Assembly (NCBI GenBank): GCA_965225945.1
Contig: CBDDBZ010000026.1
Location: 1-64,000, forward strand
Length of the DNA: 64,000 bases
DNA from: Alphaproteobacteria bacterium
GTDB taxonomy: Bacteria > Pseudomonadota > Alphaproteobacteria > GCA-2731375
Direction: 5' to 3'
Part shown: piece by piece, positions 28,385-39,182 of the stretch
Layout: each line of letters starts with the position of its first letter
How positions within the stretch are numbered: position 1 is the stretch's first letter
The notes under the pieces: model-generated
What the model saw: only the letters and a program-made list of their open reading frames with translations
What the model was told of the DNA's origin: nothing
Databases searched by the model: none
Made by a program: the position numbers and the translations under genes

Positions 28385-29569
28385 CTACCAGATGTTGGCT
28401 TCGACGATCGGCCGGGCCTGGGCGATGCGCTCGAAGCCGAACCGCGTGAGATCGATCGTTCGATAGCCGCCGTGGGTGATCAACTCGGCCGTGGCCCGCC
28501 CGGCCGCCGGCGATTGCTGCAGCCCATGGCCGCTGAAGCCGGTGCAGAACAGCAGATTGCCCAACTCCGGATGGGAACCCAGGATGGCGTTCTGGTCGAA
28601 AGTGTTGAAGTCGTAGTGACCGGCCCACGCGCCGGTCAGCTTGATCGCCTCGAAGGCCGGCACGCGCTCCGCCAGCTTGGGCCAGATCACCTCCTCGAAG
28701 GTCGTGTAGTCGACCTCCATGTCCTCGGGATCGCTGTTCGGATCCTGATCCTCGGGCGGCGACATCGTGGCGACGTATTGCCCGCCCTCGGGCCGGAAGG
28801 TGACGCCGGTCGGATCGATGGTGAGCGGGGCCGACAGCAGATCAACCTTACAGTCGAAGACGTAGACGTAGCGCTTGCGCGGCCAGACCGGCAGATCGAT
28901 CCCGAGCGTGGCGGCGAGCCCGCCGCTGCGCGATCCCGAGGCGATGACGACGGTACCTGCGCCGATCGCGCTCGCCCCCGCCAGCCTGACTCCGGCGAGA
29001 CGCCCGCCATCGCGATCGAAGCCGACGACCTCGTCCTCGAGATAGGTGACGCCGAGCGCGCGGGCCTTGCGCCTGAAGCCCTGTAGCAGGGTGTTGGGGT
29101 CGATCCAGCCCTCGTTGGCGTGGCCGAAGACGGCACCCGCCAACCCCACCACATTTATCCAGCGGAACCGCGAGGCGAGGGCATCCGGCTCGAGATAGGT
29201 CACCTCGGCACCGACGCCCCGCTGCATTTCGTAGTTGGCGCGGAGCATCGAGGCGCCCTCGGGCGTCGCGGTGAAAAGATAGCCCTGCTCTCGAAAGCTG
29301 ACGTCGGCGCTCTGCCCCTCGACCGCCAGAGTCTCCGCCGCCCGGCGCGCGAACTCGGCGCCGAACATCGACATGGCGATGTTCTCCTCGGTCGAGAACT
29401 GTTGGCGGATGCCGCCGAGCGATCGCGGTGTCGCCGCCGTGTCGTACGTCGAATCCCGCTCGACCACCAACACCTTGCCGTCGAATGCGTCCGAGGTGGC
29501 CAGGAAGAAGGCCGTGGCGCTGCCCATGGCCCCGCCGCCGACGATCACCACATCGTAAGTATCATCCAT
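28385..29569 (-). CDS. FAD-dependent oxidoreductase (DAO family, FOXRED1-like)
   Basis: IVGGGAMG, GGIRQQFS, WAGHYD.N..DQNAI.G, GFSGHGLQ. Confidence 0.85.
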   Translation of the reverse strand: MDDTYDVVIVGGGAMGSATAFFLATSDAFDGKVLVVERDSTYDTAATPRSLGGIRQQFSTEENIAMSMFGAEFARRAAETLAVEGQSADVSFREQGYLFTATPEGASMLRANYEMQRGVGAEVTYLEPDALASRFRWINVVGLAGAVFGHANEGWIDPNTLLQGFRRKARALGVTYLEDEVVGFDRDGGRLAGVRLAGASAIGAGTVVIASGSRSGGLAATLGIDLPVWPRKRYVYVFDCKVDLLSAPLTIDPTGVTFRPEGGQYVATMSPPEDQDPNSDPEDMEVDYTTFEEVIWPKLAERVPAFEAIKLTGAWAGHYDFNTFDQNAILGSHPELGNLLFCTGFSGHGLQQSPAAGRATAELITHGGYRTIDLTRFGFERIAQARPIVEANIW

Positions 29570-29707
29570 CTCCCGTCTCCCGAGAAACGCGACTCTATCG
29601 AGAATGCCCGCTCGGCGCCACGCGCTCGACACGGGTGTGCCGGCGATTTCGCGGGAGCGCAACATGGTCTAGATTCGTGGGGATTCGCCACCTCGTCGGG
29701 GACGCGC

Positions 29708-30877
29708 ATGCCGACGCCTTGGACCATCGCGGCGGGGCTATGTCTCGCGATCTGGCTTTATCTGCTGTTCTTCCGCGGCGGCTTCTGGCGCCGTGGGGAA
29801 CGGCTGGACGGCGCGCCGGCGCCCGAGGCATGGCCGGCGGTGGTGGCCGTGGTGCCGGCACGCGACGAGGCGGCCTCGATCGGCCAGGCGATCGCATCGC
29901 TCCTCGGGCAGGACTATCCGGGTTGCTTCCGCGTCGTGCTGGTCGACGACGAGAGCCGCGATGCCACCGCGACGATCGCCCGCGATACCGCGCGCCGGCT
30001 GGGGGCCGAGGATCGGCTCGCGATCGTCAGGGCGGCGCCCCGGCCCGACGGTTGGGTCGGCAAGGTCTGGGCGATGGCGAGCGGCGTCGCCTCGCTGCGG
30101 TCGGGGGGCGACGAGGCGGGCTACCTGCTGTTCACCGATGCCGACATCCACCACCCGCCGGACGGCTTGCGCCGCCTGGTGGCGAAGGCGGAACACGATG
30201 GGCTGCATCTCGTTTCATTGATGGTGCTGCTGGCGCGCGAGGGCACTTGGCAACGCTTGTTGATCCCGGCCTTCGTTTTCTTCTTCCAGAAGCTCTACCC
30301 CTTCGCGTGGGTCCGACGCGGGCGCCGCGCGGCGGCGGCCGGAGGTTGCATGTTGGTGGCGCGGGAAACACTCCGCCGGGCCGGCGGCCTGGAGGCGATC
30401 CGCGGCGCTCTGATCGACGACTGCGCGCTCGCCGGGGCGATCCGGGACGCCGGTGGCCGCCTCTGGCTCGGCCTCGCGACGGAGACTCGCTCGCTGCGCC
30501 CCTACGAGGGCGTGGCGGGCGTCTGGCGCATGGTGGCCCGCTCCGCTTACACGCAACTGCAATATTCTCCGGCGCTGCTGGTGGCCACGCTCGCCGGCAT
30601 GGCCCTCGTCTACCTCGCCGGCCCCCTGGCGGTCTTCGCCACGCCCTGGCACGGCGACTTGCTGGCGCTCGGTCTCGGTCTCGCGGCTTGGGCGGCGATG
30701 GCGGTGGCCTTTCGACCGACGCTGGGGCTCTACGGCGAGCCGTGGCCGCTCGCCACCCTGTTACCGCTGGCGGGTCTTCTCTACGCGTTCATGACCCTGG
30801 ACTCGGCCTGGCGCCACCATCGGGGGCGCGGTGGCGTCTGGAAGGAGCGCGTCGGCGCCGGCGCGACGCGGAAGTGA
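29708..30877 (+). CDS. hpnB: Hopene-associated GT2 glycosyltransferase
   Basis: N-terminal TM, VPARDEA, FTDADI, LIPAFVFFFQKLYPF, LIDDC, MVARSAYTQL; in hopanoid cluster. Confidence 0.85.
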   Translation: MPTPWTIAAGLCLAIWLYLLFFRGGFWRRGERLDGAPAPEAWPAVVAVVPARDEAASIGQAIASLLGQDYPGCFRVVLVDDESRDATATIARDTARRLGAEDRLAIVRAAPRPDGWVGKVWAMASGVASLRSGGDEAGYLLFTDADIHHPPDGLRRLVAKAEHDGLHLVSLMVLLAREGTWQRLLIPAFVFFFQKLYPFAWVRRGRRAAAAGGCMLVARETLRRAGGLEAIRGALIDDCALAGAIRDAGGRLWLGLATETRSLRPYEGVAGVWRMVARSAYTQLQYSPALLVATLAGMALVYLAGPLAVFATPWHGDLLALGLGLAAWAAMAVAFRPTLGLYGEPWPLATLLPLAGLLYAFMTLDSAWRHHRGRGGVWKERVGAGATRK

Positions 30878-30952
30878 TCTCTCCTCGGGACTTGCAAGCC
30901 GGCTCTCCAGCCGCTAACCAGCAGCGAATTCGATCGACCTCGGGGGTGCTAA

Positions 30953-31861
30953 GTGCGGGCACCGGAGTCAATTAGCGGGATCGGCGGCGCCGTGGCGGGC
31001 GGGGCGGGCGCAATTCCGCTCGCCCAGGAGGCGCGGGCCCATGTCCACGAGGTGGTTCGCCGCGCCGGCTCCTCCTTCTTCTGGGCCATGCGATCGCTGG
31101 AGCGCGAGCGCCGCGAGGCGGTCTACGCCATCTACGCCTATTGCCGGGAAGTAGACGACATCGCCGACGAGACGGCGGAGGTGGCGGACAAACTCGCGCG
31201 GCTGGAAGCCTGGCGGGAGGAGATCGCCGCCGTCTACCGGGGGGCGCCGACGACGCCGATCGGCCGGGCGCTCGCCGCCGCGGTCGTCGCCCACGATCTG
31301 CCGCGCGATGAGTTCCTGCGGTTGATCGACGCCGTCGAGACCGACGCGCGGGGCGAGATGTCGGCGCCGGGTTTGAACGATCTGGAGCGCTACTGCCGAG
31401 GCGTCGCCGGCGCGGTCGGCATGCTGCTGATCCGAATTTTCGGCGCCCGGGGGCGGGATGCGGAGGCCTTCGCCGTGGCTCTCGGCGAGGCCTTGCAGCT
31501 CACCAACATCCTGCGCGACGTGGTCGAGGATGCCGGCGAGGATCGCATCTACCTGCCGCGCGAATGGCTGGGCGAGGCGGGCATCGATGTCGAGCGGGGA
31601 CCCGGCGCCATGCTGGAGCAGAACGGCTTGGCGGAGGTCTGCGCGCGCCTCGCGGCGCGGGCCCGGGAGCGTTTCGCCGAGGCCGACCGTCATCTCGCGC
31701 GCTCAGACCGCCGGGCCTTGCGGGCGGCGCTGATCATGCGCGACGTCTACGCGCTGCTCCTCGCGCGTCTGGAGGCGCGAGGCTGGGAGCGGCTGGACGA
31801 ACCGGTTCGCGTCGGCGGCCTGGTGAGGATTTGGATACTGCTTCGCCGCCTCGTGGCGTGA
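30953..31861 (+). CDS. hpnD: Squalene/phytoene synthase family (presqualene diphosphate synthase)
   Basis: GSSFFWAM, YAYCREVDDIAD, LQLTNILRD, RIYLP; start uncertain. Confidence 0.8.
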   Translation: MRAPESISGIGGAVAGGAGAIPLAQEARAHVHEVVRRAGSSFFWAMRSLERERREAVYAIYAYCREVDDIADETAEVADKLARLEAWREEIAAVYRGAPTTPIGRALAAAVVAHDLPRDEFLRLIDAVETDARGEMSAPGLNDLERYCRGVAGAVGMLLIRIFGARGRDAEAFAVALGEALQLTNILRDVVEDAGEDRIYLPREWLGEAGIDVERGPGAMLEQNGLAEVCARLAARARERFAEADRHLARSDRRALRAALIMRDVYALLLARLEARGWERLDEPVRVGGLVRIWILLRRLVA

Positions 31862-32031
31862 TGGCGGGCCGCGCCCTCCGGCGTGACACCCGGGCCACTA
31901 CCGGTCACGAGTTCGAAACACAACCGTCACCGGCTATTGAGCCCGGTCGCGTGACATAGTATGCAGGGGCCGCCATGACAATGCTCGACAGGTGGCTGGC
32001 TCAGGGTTGAAACAGACTGTATCCGGGTGCG

Positions 32032-33981
32032 ATGAAGTTGGAAAAAAGTGTGTTGACCTCCGAATCGACGGACGGGGGGGCGGAGATTGAACGCCAAATC
32101 GGCGAGGCGGCCGAGTCGCTGCTCGACGTGCAAAAGGCCGATGGTCACTGGATCTTCGAACTCGAGGCCAATTCGACGATCCCCTCGGAGTACATTTTCC
32201 TCAAGCATTATCTCGACGAAGTCGATCTCGAACTCGAGGGCAAGATCGCCAATTACCTGCGGGCGGCGCAGGCCGACCACGGCGGCTGGCCACTGTTCGA
32301 GGACGGCGCCTTCGACCTCTCGGCGACGGTAAAGGTCTATTTCGCGCTGAAGCTGGTGGGTGATCAGCCCGACGCGCCCCACATGCGCCGTGCCCGCGAG
32401 GCGATCCTGGCGCATGGCGGGGCGGAGGCGTCCAACGTATTCACCCGCTTCAGCCTGGCACTCTTCGGTCAGGTGCCGTGGCGCGCGGTGCCTTTCATGC
32501 CGATCGAGATCATGCTGCTGCCGAGGTGGTTCCCCTTCCACCTCTCCAAGGTCTCCTACTGGTCGCGCACCGTGATCGTGCCCTTGCTGATCATCATGGC
32601 GCTGAAGCCCAGGGCGCGAAATCCGCGCGGCGTGAATGTGCGCGAGCTGTTCCGCACCCCGCCCGAGGCGGTCGCGCGTTACAACAGCAATCCCACCGGG
32701 GATCGGGTCGGCGACCTGGTCCTCGCCGCCGACAAGGCGGTCCGCATGTTCGAGCCCTTCTTTCCCAAGGGCAGCCGCCAGAAGGCGATCCAACGGGCGA
32801 TCGAGTTCATTACCCCCCGGCTCAACGGCGAGGACGGCTTGGGCGGCATCTTCCCGGCCATGGCCAACGCCGTGATGGCGCTGGACGCGCTGGGCTACGA
32901 CAAGGATCACCCCGACTTGGTGACCGCCAAGCGGTCGGTCGACAAGCTGCTGACGGTGCAGGGCGACAAGGGCTATTGCCAGCCCTGCCTGTCGCCGATC
33001 TGGGACACCACGCTGGCACTGCACGCGCTGCTGGAAGCCGGCGTGCCGGCGGAAGACGCTCGCGTCGCCCGGGCCTTCGAGTGGATGCTGGGGCGCCAGA
33101 TCCTCGACGTCGAGGGCGATTGGGCGACGAAGCGAGCCGGCGTCCGTCCGGGCGGCTGGGCCTTCGAATACTGGAACGACTACTATCCCGACGTCGACGA
33201 CACCGCCGTCATCGTCATGGCCATGGACCGGACGGGCGATCCCCGCTACGCCGACGCCGTGTCCCGGGCGACCGAGTGGATTATCGGCATGCAGTCCAAG
33301 AACGGCGGCTGGGGCGCCTTCGACGTCGACAACACCTTCCGCTTCCTGGAACTCATTCCCTTCGCCGATCACGGCGCGCTGCTGGATCCGCCGACCGCCG
33401 ACGTCACCGCGCGTTGCGTGCAGATGCTGGGACAGCTCGGCTACGACCGCCGCCATCCGACGGTTCGGCGCGGCATCGACTACCTGATGCGCGAGCAGGA
33501 GCGGGACGGCTCCTGGTTCGGGCGCTGGGGCGTCAACCACGTCTACGGCACCTGGTCGGTGCTCTCGGCCTTCGAGGCGCTGGGCGAGGACATGCGCGCC
33601 TCGCATATCCGGCGCGCCGTTCGCTGGCTGCTTCAGCGCCAGAAGGAGGACGGCGGCTGGGGCGAGGACTGCGCCACCTATTCGCCCGGCCAGCGTCACC
33701 TGATGAAGACCAGCACGCCGTCACAGACGGCTTGGGCGTTGCTGGGCCTGATGGCGGCGGGCGAGGCCGGAAGCACGGCGGTGCGTCGCGGCGTCGACTA
33801 TTTGCTGGGCGCCGAACGCAGTGGCGGCAAGTGGGTGGAGAGCCTCTATACCGGCACCGGCTTCCCGCGGGTCTTCTACCTGCGCTACCACGGCTACAGC
33901 GCCTATTTCCCGCTCTGGGCGCTGTCGCGTTATCAAAACCTGATGCGCGCCCGCGCCGAGACCCGCCGCTACGGCACCTAA
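32032..33981 (+). CDS. shc: Squalene-hopene cyclase
   Basis: YPDVDDTA (DxDD), QW repeats (Q..DGSW.G.WG, Q..DGGWGE), GTGFP.VFYL.Y. Confidence 0.96.
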   Translation: MKLEKSVLTSESTDGGAEIERQIGEAAESLLDVQKADGHWIFELEANSTIPSEYIFLKHYLDEVDLELEGKIANYLRAAQADHGGWPLFEDGAFDLSATVKVYFALKLVGDQPDAPHMRRAREAILAHGGAEASNVFTRFSLALFGQVPWRAVPFMPIEIMLLPRWFPFHLSKVSYWSRTVIVPLLIIMALKPRARNPRGVNVRELFRTPPEAVARYNSNPTGDRVGDLVLAADKAVRMFEPFFPKGSRQKAIQRAIEFITPRLNGEDGLGGIFPAMANAVMALDALGYDKDHPDLVTAKRSVDKLLTVQGDKGYCQPCLSPIWDTTLALHALLEAGVPAEDARVARAFEWMLGRQILDVEGDWATKRAGVRPGGWAFEYWNDYYPDVDDTAVIVMAMDRTGDPRYADAVSRATEWIIGMQSKNGGWGAFDVDNTFRFLELIPFADHGALLDPPTADVTARCVQMLGQLGYDRRHPTVRRGIDYLMREQERDGSWFGRWGVNHVYGTWSVLSAFEALGEDMRASHIRRAVRWLLQRQKEDGGWGEDCATYSPGQRHLMKTSTPSQTAWALLGLMAAGEAGSTAVRRGVDYLLGAERSGGKWVESLYTGTGFPRVFYLRYHGYSAYFPLWALSRYQNLMRARAETRRYGT

Positions 33982-33986
33982 TCTAG

Positions 33987-34673
33987 ATGCGGCTGGGGCT
34001 GGTCACCGGCCTCGCGCGGGAGGCGACGCGCCTCCGACATCTCGATCTCGGCCCCGGTCACGAGCTGTTGATGCGGACCGCCTTCGGCGCGGCCGCGAGC
34101 GTGGCGGCCGAAAGCTTGGTCGCGGCCGGCGCCGAGGTGCTGGTCAGCGCCGGCTACGCGGGCGCTCTAGCGCCCGAGGCGCGGTCCGGCGACCTGATCG
34201 TCGCCGAGGCGGTCGCGACCGCCGATGGCAGGCGTTTCCAGACCGATCCCGATTGGCAAGTTCTGCTGCTTCGCCGAACCCGCAGCTGCGGCATTCCCGC
34301 CCACGGCGGCGGAATCGCCGAAAGCGGGCAAATCGTCGCCACGCCCGAGGACAAACGTGCGCTCTTCGCCCGCACGGGCGCCTGGACGGTCGACCAGGAG
34401 AGCGGTCGGGTGGCGCGGGTCGCTGCGGCGCGCGGTCTGCGGTTCGCCGTGCTCAGGGTGGTGCTAGATCCCTCGGGCCGCGCGTTGCCTCGCGCGGCGA
34501 CGGCGGGGGCGACGGCCACGGGTGCCACGAGCGCAGGCCCGATGCTCGCCGCGCTCGCCCGCCGGCCGTGGGAAATCGTCGATCTGTTGCATCTCGTGGG
34601 CGATACCCGACGGGCCGACGCGACTCTAGGCCGCGTTGGACGAATCGGTCCGGGGCTGCTGCCGCTCGACTGA
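33987..34673 (+). CDS. hpnG: Hopanoid-associated nucleoside phosphorylase-like protein
   Basis: VTGL..EA, S.G.AG.L.P....GD, VDQES, LRVVLDP; directly after shc. Confidence 0.78.
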   Translation: MRLGLVTGLAREATRLRHLDLGPGHELLMRTAFGAAASVAAESLVAAGAEVLVSAGYAGALAPEARSGDLIVAEAVATADGRRFQTDPDWQVLLLRRTRSCGIPAHGGGIAESGQIVATPEDKRALFARTGAWTVDQESGRVARVAAARGLRFAVLRVVLDPSGRALPRAATAGATATGATSAGPMLAALARRPWEIVDLLHLVGDTRRADATLGRVGRIGPGLLPLD

Positions 34674-35774
34674 CTTGACCAGCGCCTCGGCGATCACGGC
34701 CTCGAAGGGGTATTCCGCCGGGCGCTGCGCCTCGAGTGGAATTTCCGGCGCCATCGGGCCCTCGGTGTCGATCCCGAAGAGCGCAATTCTGGCCGCCTTC
34801 AAGGGGTGGCGGACGGTATCGTTCACCGCCGTCGCCTCGTAGCCGCAATGGACCATGCAGTCGGCGCATTTCTCGTAGTTGCCGGTCCCGTAACGGTCCC
34901 ATTCGGTCTCTTCCATGAGTTCGCGGAAGGTTCCCACATAGCCCTCGTTCAAGAGATAGCAGGGACGCTGCCAACCGAAGACGTTGCGGGTCGGATTGCC
35001 CCACGGCGTGCAGCGATAGGACTGGTTTCCGGCGAGGAAATCGAGGAACAGGCTGGACTGGCTGAAGCGCCATTTCTTGCCCTTGCCGAGGCGGAAGACT
35101 TCGCGGAACAACTCCTTGGCGCCCCGGCGCTTGAGGAAGTGCTCCTGATCGGGCGCGCGCTCGTAGGAATAGCCGGGCGAGATGGTCACGCCCTCGACGC
35201 CGAGCGCGGTCGCGAAGTCGAGGAACTCGGCGACCTTGGCCGGCTCGGCGCCGTCGAAGAGGGTGGTGTTGACGTTGACCCTGAAGCCCCGCTCGCGAAC
35301 CTTGCCGATGGCGGCGACGGCACGATCGAAGACGCCCTCCAGATCCACCGCCCGGTCGTGCTCCTCGCGCTGGCCGTCCAGATGGATCGAGAAGGTGAGA
35401 TAGGGCGAGGGCTGGAACAAATCGAGCTTCTTTTCCAGCAGCAGCGCGTTGGTGCAGAGATAGATGAACCGCTTGTCGTCGATCAGGCGCCGGACGACCT
35501 CGCCGATCTCGCGATGCAGCAGCGGCTCGCCGCCGGCGATGGAGACGATGGGGGCGCCGCATTCCCTGGCCGCGTGGACGCATTCGTCCGCGCTCAAGCG
35601 ACGATTCAGAATACTGTCGGGATAGTCGATCTTGCCGCATCCCGGACAAGCGAGATTACAACGGAACAACGGCTCCAGCATCAGCACCAGGGGATAACGT
35701 TCCCGCCGGATCAGGCGTTGCTTGAGGATGTAGGCGCCGACGCGCGCCTGCTGGCGAATGGGTACCGGCATCAA
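34626..35774 (-). CDS. hpnH: Adenosyl-hopene transferase (radical SAM)
   Basis: YPLVLMLEPLFRCNLACPGCGKI, CTPWGNPT, KCADCMVHCGYE. Confidence 0.93.
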   Translation of the reverse strand: MMPVPIRQQARVGAYILKQRLIRRERYPLVLMLEPLFRCNLACPGCGKIDYPDSILNRRLSADECVHAARECGAPIVSIAGGEPLLHREIGEVVRRLIDDKRFIYLCTNALLLEKKLDLFQPSPYLTFSIHLDGQREEHDRAVDLEGVFDRAVAAIGKVRERGFRVNVNTTLFDGAEPAKVAEFLDFATALGVEGVTISPGYSYERAPDQEHFLKRRGAKELFREVFRLGKGKKWRFSQSSLFLDFLAGNQSYRCTPWGNPTRNVFGWQRPCYLLNEGYVGTFRELMEETEWDRYGTGNYEKCADCMVHCGYEATAVNDTVRHPLKAARIALFGIDTEGPMAPEIPLEAQRPAEYPFEAVIAEALVKSVERQQPRTDSSNAA

Positions 35775-35954
35775 TCACTTCCGAAATTGGGATCACTTCC
35801 AAGATTGGAACCAAGCCGCCGGAATCGCGAATCACCCCACCAGCGGATGCGCGCCAATATGGTGGTCGCGTCGGTCCGCGTCCAGGGGAAATCCGCCCCC
35901 CCGCGCGATCGATGTCGAAAGCGTGATCGAATAGACTCGAATGGCCCGGCGCCA

Positions 35955-36446
35955 CTAGTCGCTCGACGGCGACGACGCCTCCTCGCCTTCCCTAGCCGGG
36001 GCCACCCGAAGCAGGACGCCGTCGACGCCGACCACCTCGACCTGTCGCCCGGCCGGGATGTCGGGTCCGATGACGCGCCACATCGTGTCGTCGACATGGA
36101 GCCGTCCCCGGCCGTTCTCCATCGCCTCCGCCAGGGTGAAGGTGCGGCCCACATACTGCTGGCCCCGGCGATTGAGTCCCGGCCGGTCGGTCTCGATCGG
36201 ACGGCGCTTGAGGTAGATCCGGGCGGCGATCACGCTCGCCACCGCCAGCACGGCGAAGAGCAGGAACTGGTAGCGCCAATCCATCTCCGGCGCCACCAGC
36301 ACGACCACCCCGGTGGCGCCCGCGGCGATCCCCATCCACAGCAGGAAGACGCCGGGGGCGAGCATCTCCGCCCCCAGCAGGACCACGCCCAGGACCCACC
36401 AATGCCAGTGGCCGAAGCCGGCGAGAAATACGGCGAGCGGTTCCAT
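35955..36446 (-). CDS. NfeD-family membrane protein
   Basis: E...PG.FLLW.G, LNRRG..YVG, DTMW OB-fold; follows SPFH gene. Confidence 0.88.
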   Translation of the reverse strand: MEPLAVFLAGFGHWHWWVLGVVLLGAEMLAPGVFLLWMGIAAGATGVVVLVAPEMDWRYQFLLFAVLAVASVIAARIYLKRRPIETDRPGLNRRGQQYVGRTFTLAEAMENGRGRLHVDDTMWRVIGPDIPAGRQVEVVGVDGVLLRVAPAREGEEASSPSSD

Positions 36447-36456
36447 GCGACGGCCC

Positions 36457-37530
36457 TCAATCGGCGTCTGCGCTCGGCGAAACCCAGCTCTGGCTCTCCG
36501 GCACCGAACCTCGCCTCGCCGTCACGGAACCGCCATCGCTCGGTCGCGACGGACGGGGCGCGCGGGGCCGCTCCGCCCCGTCACCACCGCCGCCGCCGTC
36601 GCCGAACGCCTGCTTGGCGATCTCGGTGATGCCACCGATCGCGCCGATCACGCTCGCGGCTTCCAGCGGCAGGAAGAGGATCTTCTGGTTGGGTGAGTTG
36701 GCGAAGGCGCCGAGCGCATCGATGTATTTCTGCGCGACGAAGTAGTTGATCGCCTGCACCTCGCCGCCGGCGATCGCCTCGGAAACCATAGTGGTCGCGC
36801 GGGCCTCGGCCTCGGCCTCGCGCTCGCGCGCCTCGGCGTCGCGGAAGGCGGACTCGCGCCGGCCCTCGGCGGCCAGGATCGCCGCTTGCTTCTCGCCCTC
36901 GGCCCGCAGAATTTCGGCCTGCCGCTCGCCCTCCGCGTCCAGGATCGCGGCGCGCTTTTCGCGCTCGGCCTTCATCTGGCGGGCCATGGCGTCGACCAGG
37001 TCGCGCGGCGGGGAGATATCCTTGATCTCGATCCGCGTCACCTTGACGCCCCAAGGCGTCGTCGCCTCGTCGACCACGGTCAGCAGTCGGGCATTGATCT
37101 CGTCGCGTTTGGAGAGCAACTCGTCGAGGTCCATCGAGCCCATCACCGTCCTTATGTTGGTCATCGTCAGGTTCAGCGAGGCGATCTCCAACTGGCGCAC
37201 CTCGTAGGCCGCCTTTGGCGCGTCGAGGATTTGAAAAAATACCACGCCGTCGACCGCGACCATGGCGTTGTCCTTGGTGATGACCTCCTGCGTCGGCACG
37301 TCCAGTACCTGCTCCATCATGTTCATCTTGGCACCGATCCCGTCGACGAACGGCACGATGAAATGCAGACCCGGCGTCAGCGTCCGGGTGTAACGGCCGA
37401 AGCGCTCGACCGTGTGCTCGAAGCCCTGTGGGATCCGCTTGACGCTGGTCAACAGCAGAATGATCGCCATCGGCACGGCGACGACCACGAAGATCGTCCA
37501 TCCCGAAGGGTCCATAAACAGCTCTTCCAT
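36457..37530 (-). CDS. SPFH/band 7 protein (QmcA-like)
   Basis: [33 protein letters not shown]. Confidence 0.9.
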   Translation of the reverse strand: MEELFMDPSGWTIFVVVAVPMAIILLLTSVKRIPQGFEHTVERFGRYTRTLTPGLHFIVPFVDGIGAKMNMMEQVLDVPTQEVITKDNAMVAVDGVVFFQILDAPKAAYEVRQLEIASLNLTMTNIRTVMGSMDLDELLSKRDEINARLLTVVDEATTPWGVKVTRIEIKDISPPRDLVDAMARQMKAEREKRAAILDAEGERQAEILRAEGEKQAAILAAEGRRESAFRDAEAREREAEAEARATTMVSEAIAGGEVQAINYFVAQKYIDALGAFANSPNQKILFLPLEAASVIGAIGGITEIAKQAFGDGGGGGDGAERPRAPRPSRPSDGGSVTARRGSVPESQSWVSPSADAD

Positions 37531-37747
37531 CGTTCCAACCCCCTTCTCGCCCCTCGGGGCAAGTTTTTCCATAATCACCTATCCCGAAGTATGGCATTCC
37601 CTGGCGCCGGGACAACCGGAAGATCGCGCGGCGAATCCGCCCTCGCGCTGCTCGCGCGCTTTTCCCCCCTCGCGCGCTCGCTAGGGACGGTGCGATATCC
37701 GAGGTGGAGACGGGCGCCATGGTGGCGATACGGGACGAAGGTTGGTG

Positions 37748-39148
37748 TCAGATCGCCAGTTCGCTCACCGGGCGCTTGAAGGTCTCGGTGGTGTAGCGGT
37801 GGACCACGACGTCTTCCGCCCAATAATCCTTCGCCAGGCCCGCCTTCACTTTCAACTTGGCGAGGAATTCGGCCGCGTCGGCGCATTGCTCCCAGACCTG
37901 GGGCAGGAACACGCCGCGCCGCTTGGCCGACTCCAGGATCAGCCCGTCGACGCCGGGGCGAAGCTGGCCCAACAGGTCCGCCTGGTCGCCAAAGCGCATC
38001 CGCCCCGGCGCGCCCAGGATCGATATGGAAAGCGTCAGCCGCCCGAACTCTCGGCTGCCGAGCTTCTTGAAGCGCGGATCCTCGAAGGCCGACTTGAAGG
38101 CGTTTTCCACCACGTCTCGAACCAGCGGCGCGCGCGGCTGGACCGAGCCGATACAGCCCCGGAGCCGATCGCCGACGGTCAGGGTGATGAAACTCGCCCG
38201 CTCTGCCTCCAGTTCCGGGCCGAAGGTGGCGAGGCGGACCTTGGAGGGGCGGCCGCGCACCAGGCCGTTGCGGATCGAGCGGGCGGCGCAGGCGAGCAGC
38301 ATCGCGCGGCCTTCCTCCGTCAGCCGGGTCGCCGCCGCCTCCGTCAGCGCCCAGGCGCCATAGCCGACGACCCGATCCTTCGGGCCCGCCGTATCGCCGG
38401 AGTTGCAAAGCTCGATCGTGGTGGCGCGCAGGTCCCTGAGTTGGGCCAGGCGCAAGAGGCCGTGGATCGGCCCCGCGCCGCAGGCATCGCCGGCGGAAAT
38501 CCGCTCGAAGCGCAGAGTCTCGATCGCCGTCCGGGTCGCCGCGTCCCGGGTCCGGGCGCTGGTGTCGTCGAGGTAGTGGCTGAGGTCCGAGCTGACGACG
38601 ATCACCGTCTCGGCCTCGCCCCACAGTTGTTCCAGGACCGCCGCCACCGTCTCCGCGTCCGCCTTGCCGACGACGATCGGCACCAGGCGAAAGCCATCAC
38701 CCAGCACGCGCCGCAGAAACGGCAGATGGACCTCGAGCGAATGCTCCTGGCGGTGCGCCTCGTCCAGCTCGACGACGCCGGGAAGCGTCTTCAGCCCCTC
38801 GATCGCCGCGCGGTCGAGGGGCACGGGGCCGAGCGGGCCTTCGAAGGCGGCGACGCTCGGCACCGCCAGGCCGTCGAAAGCGACCCGGTGCGCCGGCCCC
38901 AGCAGGACGACGCGTTCGACGTCGTCCGCGATCGGGGCAAAGCGCGCGTGGGCGCGGGCCGCCGTGGCGCCGGAATAGACGTAGCCCGCATGCGGCGCGA
39001 TGATCGCCTTGGGCACCGGCGCGCTGCCCGAGATCTCGGCCCGCGCCGTCTCGAGCAAGCCGTCGACCATCCGGGCGAGTTCTCCGGCCGTTCCCGGATA
39101 GAACATGCCGGCCACCGCCGGCGGTCTCGACAACGCGGGCGTCGCCAT
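37748..39148 (-). CDS. amrB: AmmeMemoRadiSam protein B (MEMO1) - protein A (AMMECR1) fusion
   Basis: RPPAVAGMFYP, PHAGYVYSG, EHSLEV, SSDLSHY, VVGY, then FITL...LRGCIG, DPRF, FLPQVW. Confidence 0.87.
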   Translation of the reverse strand: MATPALSRPPAVAGMFYPGTAGELARMVDGLLETARAEISGSAPVPKAIIAPHAGYVYSGATAARAHARFAPIADDVERVVLLGPAHRVAFDGLAVPSVAAFEGPLGPVPLDRAAIEGLKTLPGVVELDEAHRQEHSLEVHLPFLRRVLGDGFRLVPIVVGKADAETVAAVLEQLWGEAETVIVVSSDLSHYLDDTSARTRDAATRTAIETLRFERISAGDACGAGPIHGLLRLAQLRDLRATTIELCNSGDTAGPKDRVVGYGAWALTEAAATRLTEEGRAMLLACAARSIRNGLVRGRPSKVRLATFGPELEAERASFITLTVGDRLRGCIGSVQPRAPLVRDVVENAFKSAFEDPRFKKLGSREFGRLTLSISILGAPGRMRFGDQADLLGQLRPGVDGLILESAKRRGVFLPQVWEQCADAAEFLAKLKVKAGLAKDYWAEDVVVHRYTTETFKRPVSELAI

Positions 39149-39182
39149 CGCCTTCGTCCTCCGTTGAGCGTATGATTTTACC

